Source: a virus
Length of the DNA stretch: 64,000 nucleotides
Strand: one strand, 5' to 3'
IMG/VR virus record: IMGVR_UViG_3300030333_008459
Span: 14,500 to 78,499 of that record
Shown: one piece after another, positions 58,260 through 64,000 of the stretch
Numbering within the stretch: position 1 is the stretch's first letter
Layout: each line of letters opens with the position of its first letter
Made by a program: the position numbers and the translations under genes
The notes under the pieces: generated by a model
The model's input: only the letters and a program-made list of their open reading frames with translations
What the model was told of the DNA's origin: nothing
Database searches by the model: none

Positions 58260-59187
58260 CTTTCTTAAGTTTTTGATTCCAGAAGTATTGAACGTCTACT
58301 CGCCAAAGGTTTTTGCCTAAAACAAGAATTTTGGGTATTAACTCTTCGCTCTTTTCTCTTGATCCACTGAACACAATTTGAGAACAGTCTGTATATTCAG
58401 CTTGTATCTGCCGCATTCTATGAAACACATATTCTAGATTAAATTTTTTATACCCTCTTTTATTTTCGCCCCACATATCCTCAAATGCTGTTTCCACTAC
58501 TATAAATAAGAAGCAACCCATCGACCTACACCTTTCAAGCTCTTTTACAAATCTATTATATCCATTTGTCACAGTAGCACAGAAATCCTGGTAAGACTTC
58601 CTATCCACGAATGTATAGTCATATAAATTTCCCCCCACAGCGTAATCTCCCACATCTAACTTCAGAGATTCTGAATTCTTGAAATACAATGGTTGCTGTT
58701 CTCTAGTGTCCACTAGAATGGTTGTTTCTGAGTAATCTTCTTTAAATTCATTTGGTAGTTGCTCGCCTAACATGGGCAACATACCAAATTGGTTACATGC
58801 TTCGTGGTAGCTACCGAAAACGTCTTTGCATATCTCTAAGTCGGGGAGCTTTGATGTTTGGAGGTATAGAGCGGGGGGACCGCCTGTTAATCCCTTATCT
58901 TCTATTTTTTCTTTTAAAGTTGTTGAGACGAATTGTTTTACCTCATCAGGGGGTGCTGTGCTACACCACTTCCTCATATTCCGCTTAGTGATAAAATCAG
59001 TAGCGAAATACTGATCGTATTTTTTAAAAGGGATAAGCTCTCCTGTTAGCTTATCTTTTCTTCCATAATACTCTACATAGTAATCCCCAAGGTATTTACC
59101 ATGTTTTTTTATATGTGCGTGTAGACTCCTTAACGAATCAAAAGAATCTCCACATTCTTTGCATTTATAAGACATCTTCTCTACCAA
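58165..59187 (-). CDS. C2H2 zinc finger + ERCC4/XPF-family nuclease
   Basis: CKECGDSF..LHAHIKKH; VDTRE, GDY, VDRKS..DF, IVVE. Confidence 0.85.
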   Translation of the reverse strand: MVEKMSYKCKECGDSFDSLRSLHAHIKKHGKYLGDYYVEYYGRKDKLTGELIPFKKYDQYFATDFITKRNMRKWCSTAPPDEVKQFVSTTLKEKIEDKGLTGGPPALYLQTSKLPDLEICKDVFGSYHEACNQFGMLPMLGEQLPNEFKEDYSETTILVDTREQQPLYFKNSESLKLDVGDYAVGGNLYDYTFVDRKSYQDFCATVTNGYNRFVKELERCRSMGCFLFIVVETAFEDMWGENKRGYKKFNLEYVFHRMRQIQAEYTDCSQIVFSGSREKSEELIPKILVLGKNLWRVDVQYFWNQKLKKDGLAKRTTKTPQRVQGYKPKNSKHRGVFRGK

Positions 59188-60214
59188 TTCCTAAAACTCT
59201 AGCTTTCCACTCTGACATTCCTTCTAACCTATCCGCTTCCTTCTTCACTGCCGCCTTTTGCATCTCTGCTATACGAACCATGTTGGCCCTTTCCTCTTCT
59301 TCTTGAAACAGCTGGACAATAGAAAGAAAGGAAGCATTCTCTTTTTGTAATTTCTTCATTCTCTCCCCGCGATCACCTTGCAGCTTCTTAGTGAGGTTTT
59401 CGATGCGTGTTTCACATTGGTGATACTCAGAACTCTTCGCTTTAATAATTTCCGCTAGACGTATAGACATTTCTTGTTGCTCATCAGCCTCATCAAACAT
59501 ATTGTTTAATTTGTTAAGGTGGGCGCTGATGACTTCCAAATTAATTACCTCTTTGCAAACATTTAAATACAAATTAATCTCATCAGCAGTTAAGTCAGGC
59601 TTGTCCCAAGTTAATCTAATAAACTCATGCTCAAACAACACCCTGTCCTCTTCATTAAGATAATTGTTAATAATTTTAAGAAATCTTGAATTTGACAGAT
59701 TGGTTCCTAGTTTTTCTACACAAACTTGTTTTTGCCTGTTCAGCTTTGGTTCATCTAAACCCAAACCCGTTGCATCATTGATTTTCTTGATGATTCGGGA
59801 CGGAGACTTCGGTGAAATGTATGAATTCAAAGCACCACTGTCTTGAGAAGGCATGATGTCAGGATTAACTTCTCGTATTTGAGCCAACACCGCCCTTTGT
59901 TCTGCACTTAATGGTCTAACTTGTTTATCGGGGAAAACAATTTGTGCAATTTGCAAAGAGGAAAGCCCATCTTTAGCTTGGTCTAATATAAATTCTATTT
60001 GTTCAGATGTAAACTCTATAGCTTCAGCAGGAGGACGGCTTGTGGTTTTGTAATCTATAGCGTTTTCTGTTAAAAACTTTCTAACAGCTCTACCTTGACG
60101 CGACCTACCGTCTAAGGTTTCATCTTCAAAGCACTGTCTGGTTAAAAGTATCAAGTCCTGAACTTTCCCAGCATTCTCTCTTAAGAAAGTCTTCTGTTTA
60201 TCATTCAAGTCCAT
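59165..60214 (-). CDS. Helical protein, candidate terminase small subunit
   Basis: HTH-like N-terminal segments (GLSSLQIA) and coiled coil, upstream of terL; function inferred. Confidence 0.45.
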   Translation of the reverse strand: MDLNDKQKTFLRENAGKVQDLILLTRQCFEDETLDGRSRQGRAVRKFLTENAIDYKTTSRPPAEAIEFTSEQIEFILDQAKDGLSSLQIAQIVFPDKQVRPLSAEQRAVLAQIREVNPDIMPSQDSGALNSYISPKSPSRIIKKINDATGLGLDEPKLNRQKQVCVEKLGTNLSNSRFLKIINNYLNEEDRVLFEHEFIRLTWDKPDLTADEINLYLNVCKEVINLEVISAHLNKLNNMFDEADEQQEMSIRLAEIIKAKSSEYHQCETRIENLTKKLQGDRGERMKKLQKENASFLSIVQLFQEEEERANMVRIAEMQKAAVKKEADRLEGMSEWKARVLGIGREDVL

Positions 60215-60905
60215 CTCCTATAATATCTTCCTCGTTTATGATTTCTATAGCTGTCTCTAAGAATTTTTTCTTTAGGTTCTTAACTTGCCGATAACCCAGC
60301 TTATTTTTCTGTGGTGACAATTTGTAACCCATAAACCGAGCTACATCTTCTTCTGTCTTCTCTTCAAAATACAACATCTTGTAAGCTTTATAGTGAACTT
60401 CAGTTAGCTTCTTCTCCATATAGACATCAAGCTTGGACAAAGAAACATCGAAATCAAATCCATCGTAAGGTCTACCCTCTACCTCTTGAACGAAATCCTC
60501 TGTAGAAAGAGGAGTTTTGAGTTCTAAACCTGACTTTTTACTTTTTTCCCACTTCGCATACAAAGTGCAGGTTGAATCTTGCTTGCTTGTTTTGGTAAGG
60601 GAGCATCCCTCTCCCAAAGCAAATTTACAATTGGTGCAAGGCTTAACATAGTTGCCGTAATGATTCCTAATCAGATTTCTTAATTGATTAGATATAATGC
60701 GCCCTATCCACGGTTCAAGAGGACGCTCTTGATCCCACATGTGCCACTTCTTAGCAATGTGTAGTTTAATAATTTGCTCTACGTCTTCGAAATCAAACCA
60801 CCTAACAGCAGTCAACCTCCATTTGTATTGCTGTTTTTTTATTGCGACATCTATGATGTCCGAAAAATCTTCGTAGGAATATTCACCTTTCTTTCTTTTT
60901 TTCAT
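60201..60905 (-). CDS. Second sigma70-like factor with a Cys4 insertion
   Basis: FEDVEQ, WD..RPLEPWIGRIISNQLRN (region 2), PCTNC..C..C insert, TEEDVARFMG HTH. ORF track start is 60971; likelier start MKKRKK at 60905. Confidence 0.72.
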   Translation of the reverse strand: MKKRKKGEYSYEDFSDIIDVAIKKQQYKWRLTAVRWFDFEDVEQIIKLHIAKKWHMWDQERPLEPWIGRIISNQLRNLIRNHYGNYVKPCTNCKFALGEGCSLTKTSKQDSTCTLYAKWEKSKKSGLELKTPLSTEDFVQEVEGRPYDGFDFDVSLSKLDVYMEKKLTEVHYKAYKMLYFEEKTEEDVARFMGYKLSPQKNKLGYRQVKNLKKKFLETAIEIINEEDIIGDGLE

Positions 60906-61221
60906 CAATAAATTCATTAATTGATTGAGAGCGCTTCCTCTCTTTCTTATCAGGTTGGGCATCCTCGCCAATTAATGAACCTAAAGTCATAGCTTTCTTT
61001 TCTACCTCGTAATCAACTTCAAAATTAGTTAACTTAGGAACGAAAGAAGCATCTGTTTCGTCATTAGATAGAATAACAGACTTTTCTACTGTAGAGGTTT
61101 CCCCTGCTACATTAGCCGAAGCACTTGCATTCAATTGTTGACCGCATTTACCGCAAAAGTTTGGTTTTGCGTGGCCGTAAGAAATCTTCGTTCCGCAACT
61201 ATGACAAAATAAATGGCTCAT
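60883..61221 (-). CDS. Zinc-ribbon protein
   Basis: FCHSCG...PNFCGKCG. Confidence 0.8.
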   Translation of the reverse strand: MSHLFCHSCGTKISYGHAKPNFCGKCGQQLNASASANVAGETSTVEKSVILSNDETDASFVPKLTNFEVDYEVEKKAMTLGSLIGEDAQPDKKERKRSQSINEFIDEKKKER

Positions 61222-61342
61222 CGCTATTATATTTATATATTTAAATGACTAATTTTCTAAAAATAAACAAGATCGTGGTCCTGTGTATATAAGCAATTCG
61301 CTGCTGTCGCGTTGACGCTCATCTTGTTATATACATATCATA

Positions 61343-62059
61343 TTACACTCTTTTATATGTTTCTAATTTAGAAATGATAAACTTTAAAATTTTACTACGA
61401 ACAATATCAGAGCGGTTAAATTTAAATGAATGTATACCATTCTTTTCAGAATCCTCTCCTGCAAATAAATCAAACATTTCACCAAAACCAGTTTTGCCAT
61501 TGATGTCGCTTTGCATAAAGTCCCCACAAATAATTAACTTGCTCCCTTCTCCTATACGAGTTATCAGTGTAGTTAACTCATTAAACGTAAAGTTCTGAGC
61601 CTCATCTGCTACAATTAACTTATTCTCCCAGTTAGCCCCACGGAGAAAGTTTATAGGCACCGCAGAGACGCGACCGACCTGTTTTAAATAAGCTGTATCA
61701 CCCTCAAAAATTATCTCATCCAACTTATCATACAAAGGCATCAAAAATGGATCAAATTTATCTGTTATATCCCCTGGTAGGCTTCCCAATCCTTTATCCG
61801 CACTTTCTGCTATGCTCCTTACATATAGCAACTCTTTTTCGTTGTCCTCGGCTAATAACCTTAGACAGCCGTATAAGGACATATAAGTTTTGCTTGAACC
61901 CGCTGGACCTGAAACAAAAAAGATCTTTACGCTAGGATCTAGGACTGTAGACAAAAAACCCCTTTGGCGGGGAGTAAATTTGAACTTTCGCTCTTTAAAT
62001 TTAATTGAGTGGTGGAAGTGTGGCTTTAACTCAATATTAGACAAAGTTTTACGTGCCAT
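61343..62059 (-). CDS. phoH: PhoH-family ATPase
   Basis: GPAGSSKT, LGSLPG, FLRG, DEAQN, TRIG, GD..QSD, DIVRS. Confidence 0.95.
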   Translation of the reverse strand: MARKTLSNIELKPHFHHSIKFKERKFKFTPRQRGFLSTVLDPSVKIFFVSGPAGSSKTYMSLYGCLRLLAEDNEKELLYVRSIAESADKGLGSLPGDITDKFDPFLMPLYDKLDEIIFEGDTAYLKQVGRVSAVPINFLRGANWENKLIVADEAQNFTFNELTTLITRIGEGSKLIICGDFMQSDINGKTGFGEMFDLFAGEDSEKNGIHSFKFNRSDIVRSKILKFIISKLETYKRV

Positions 62060-62080
62060 GTAAATGTATTTACACGTAAA

Positions 62081-62983
62081 TTACAAAGGCGTATTCCTTA
62101 ATCTCACAGTTGTTTGAACTGAATCTCCCCCATTGATCCCATAACTCTGATCCACAACCCTTGCTCCTGCTGGCATTTTGATTATTTCCACTAAAGAGCC
62201 AACATCAAAATTATTGTCTTCGTTTTGTAAGCCTATCTCAACTGATCCCGCTAGAAGTTGTCCGCTTAAATTAATAAACTTATTTAAGCCTGTGGCAGTA
62301 ATACTTAATTCTTCTTCTATTCCATCTAAAAGCATACTAGATGGATTTGGAGAGCCTATCTCATATACGGGACTTCTATTATACTTTCTAGTGAAAGTGG
62401 CTTGAGACTGAACTGCCCCTACAACTTCGTTCATGTTGCTAACCGAGCAAGTATGACCATAAACCATATCGTCCGAATAAATGGGTATAGCATAATTCTC
62501 AAGACTTAAAGCAGTAGAAGCTAAAGGATCTTTTCCTGAAATCTTAGTCCCCGTAGGAGGATCTAAAGAAACAAAATTTGCTGTAATGATCGCGGGTAAG
62601 TAAGGCTCCACCCTTATCGACACTTCTGACGGATAACATTTTTTATATAAATTTTCTCCAATCTGTATGGGGACATAAGCTTGCCGCGCTTCAGTTGTCC
62701 CACTCAAATATCTGAAACCTTCACCAATGCTAGTATAACCCCCACCACTACCTTGAATGAATGATTCTATAGTTATGTTAGCAGATAAAGACCCCCCAAA
62801 CCTAAATTGATCATTAAGGTTTACATCAACACCTAAATTACGCTTCGGCTCAGAAGACGTATTTAAACTAACATCAGAACGTAATGCAGGAATATAGTCC
62901 ATAGAACCAGTAAAACCCGTATTCACACTGTCAGTGTCGGGAACCCCAATGAAAACGGGGGTGTTGGTGTATGAGAGACTCAT
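62081..62983 (-). CDS. Putative tail tube-fold protein (displaced paralogue)
   Basis: CYPSEVSIRVEP..P and KYNRSPVYEIGS resemble 35882-36691. Confidence 0.5.
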   Translation of the reverse strand: MSLSYTNTPVFIGVPDTDSVNTGFTGSMDYIPALRSDVSLNTSSEPKRNLGVDVNLNDQFRFGGSLSANITIESFIQGSGGGYTSIGEGFRYLSGTTEARQAYVPIQIGENLYKKCYPSEVSIRVEPYLPAIITANFVSLDPPTGTKISGKDPLASTALSLENYAIPIYSDDMVYGHTCSVSNMNEVVGAVQSQATFTRKYNRSPVYEIGSPNPSSMLLDGIEEELSITATGLNKFINLSGQLLAGSVEIGLQNEDNNFDVGSLVEIIKMPAGARVVDQSYGINGGDSVQTTVRLRNTPL

Positions 62984-63375
62984 TTGCTCATATTACACTC
63001 TTTATTGATTCCCAACCACCATTAACCCAAAATTAGCCGTAGCATAAGATACCCATATAATCCCCCACCCAATGTCTCGCTTCATAAAATACGCCACCCC
63101 GACAACCGTATACATGATCCCCGCTGCCAATGGAACATACTTCGTTATAACGTCCATCCCCTTTATTATATATGTCCTCTATTTTTTTTAAACAATAAAT
63201 ACAACAACCTCCCGATGCCCCCAAACTTACAAGAAATGGGGGTTGATAAATTGATGAAGGACTCCCCCCCCGACATTAACGCGCAAAACCCTTTGGTTTT
63301 TCTCAGAAATGGGGTAGGGTTGTTTTGTCAAGTTTTTAATTGAAAAAAAAAGTTGTTAAAAATGCATCTTTTGTC

Positions 63376-63409
63376 TTGCGATTAGCTCAGGCTCTGCTAT
63401 ACTACAGGC
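63376..63409 (+). promoter_or_regulatory. Cassette promoter 1, TTGCGA-N16-(TGc)TATACT, leaderless
   Basis: A-tract upstream; ATG 6 nt after the -10. Confidence 0.75.
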
Positions 63410-63583
63410 ATGACAGTTAAGGAAAGCATCTGCAACGGCAGTGAGGTAGTGTTCGATGGTAACACTTGGGGATTGGTAACTGATACGGCTCTCGAAAATA
63501 ACGAGGTCCAGATCATGGACGAGGATGGTGGAGAGGATTGGATTGACCTTAACAGGGTGGATGGGATTCTCCGCACCACCTAA
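63410..63583 (+). CDS. 57-aa acidic mini-protein (possibly SH3-like beta fold)
   Basis: Hand-translated MTVKESICNGSEVVFDGNTWGLVTDTALENNEVQIMDEDGGEDWIDLNRVDGILRTT; fills the space between repeats 1 and 2 exactly. Confidence 0.75.
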   Translation: MTVKESICNGSEVVFDGNTWGLVTDTALENNEVQIMDEDGGEDWIDLNRVDGILRTT

Positions 63584-63639
63584 AAAAAACGAAAATAAAA
63601 CTTGCGTTTCCTCTCAATCTATACTATACTACAAGCATG
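63581..63639 (+). repeat. Promoter repeat 2 (A-tract, TTGCGT-N17-TATACT-N6-ATG)
   Basis: Near-identical to 63876-63932: taaaaaaa(a)cgaaaataa..cttgcgttt(c)ctctcaatct.t.ctatactac...catg. Confidence 0.85.
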
Positions 63640-63870
63640 AAAGATAAGCCAACCCCATTCTTTGTTCTCTTCGGTCAGCAACGCGCAGACGCTCCAGAAG
63701 TCTGCTTCGGCGGTGCGTGGAGGCGCGAGAGGTGCGAGCGCATCATACGCAACCCGTTCGCCAAGATAGTCGAGGGGACTGGTCGCATTGTCGAGTTCCC
63801 TAGCCGTGAAGCGGCATGGGAGGCGCACGGTGATCAGCTTGACATCGCACACGGTCGCACTAGGATATAG
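63637..63870 (+). CDS. 77-aa hypothetical early protein
   Basis: ATG 6 nt after the -10 of repeat 2; ends just before repeat 3. Confidence 0.75.
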   Translation: MKDKPTPFFVLFGQQRADAPEVCFGGAWRRERCERIIRNPFAKIVEGTGRIVEFPSREAAWEAHGDQLDIAHGRTRI

Positions 63871-63875
63871 CCCGA

Positions 63876-63932
63876 TAAAAAAACGAAAATAATCCTTGCG
63901 TTTCTCTCAATCTCTGCTATACTACTCTCATG
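63876..63932 (+). repeat. Promoter repeat 3 (TTGCGT-N16-TGcTATACT-N6-ATG)
   Basis: Copy of repeat 2. Confidence 0.85.
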
Positions 63933-64000
63933 TTCAATCAAAACAGGAATGACGACATCGTGGTGCGCCCCGCGCCCACGCCCAAGCTCACTAGCCTCTC
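63930..64000 (+). CDS. Hypothetical early protein, truncated by the window edge
   Basis: MFNQNRNDDIVVRPAPTPKLTSL..., open to the end of the window. Confidence 0.6.
   Translation, partial: MFNQNRNDDIVVRPAPTPKLTSL

Noticed and set aside
63033-63852. Minus-strand ORFs 63033-63224, 63397-63579 and 63619-63852
   Set aside because: The latter two are antisense to the promoter-driven cassette ORFs; the first has odd G/C/Y composition arising from homopolymer tracts.
63581-63932. CRISPR array or integron attC sites
   Set aside because: The intervals are 170-235-nt ORFs, and the repeats are non-palindromic promoter consensus sequences with no cas or intI gene or attC core sites.
1-64000. Stop-codon reassignment
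   Set aside because: Standard code gives dense, full-length genes ending in all three stop codons.

Overview
The whole window reads as a 64-kb piece of a large, AT-rich, tailed dsDNA phage (long non-contractile-tail type, standard genetic code). I see no integrase, tRNA, rRNA, CRISPR array or IS. From left to right: (1) a replication/recombination block on the minus strand, with a truncated Clp/Hsp100 ATPase, a Pol III alpha split into three ORFs (PHP, DnaQ, catalytic core), a RecB/Cas4-type nuclease, DnaG, DnaB and RecA; (2) a ~16-kb nucleotide-sugar/glycosyltransferase island followed by nrdBA; (3) a plus-strand sigma-ssb-GT-Hsp20 operon behind a palindrome-rich intergenic region; (4) a morphogenesis region with a 2347-aa tape measure, several tail-tube paralogues, capsid, protease/scaffold, portal and terminase, plus an ERCC4 nuclease, a second sigma-like factor and PhoH; (5) the start of a more GC-rich array of repeated promoter + leaderless mini-gene cassettes at the right edge. 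The most notable items are a start-less reading frame in the head operon reachable only by slippage on an A9 run, a nuclease-like domain bracketed by GxIPNF repeats inside the tape measure, a recurrent GTGTAA motif before many genes, the promoter-cassette array, and the tripartite DNA polymerase. All family assignments come from motif recognition by eye; no database searches were run.
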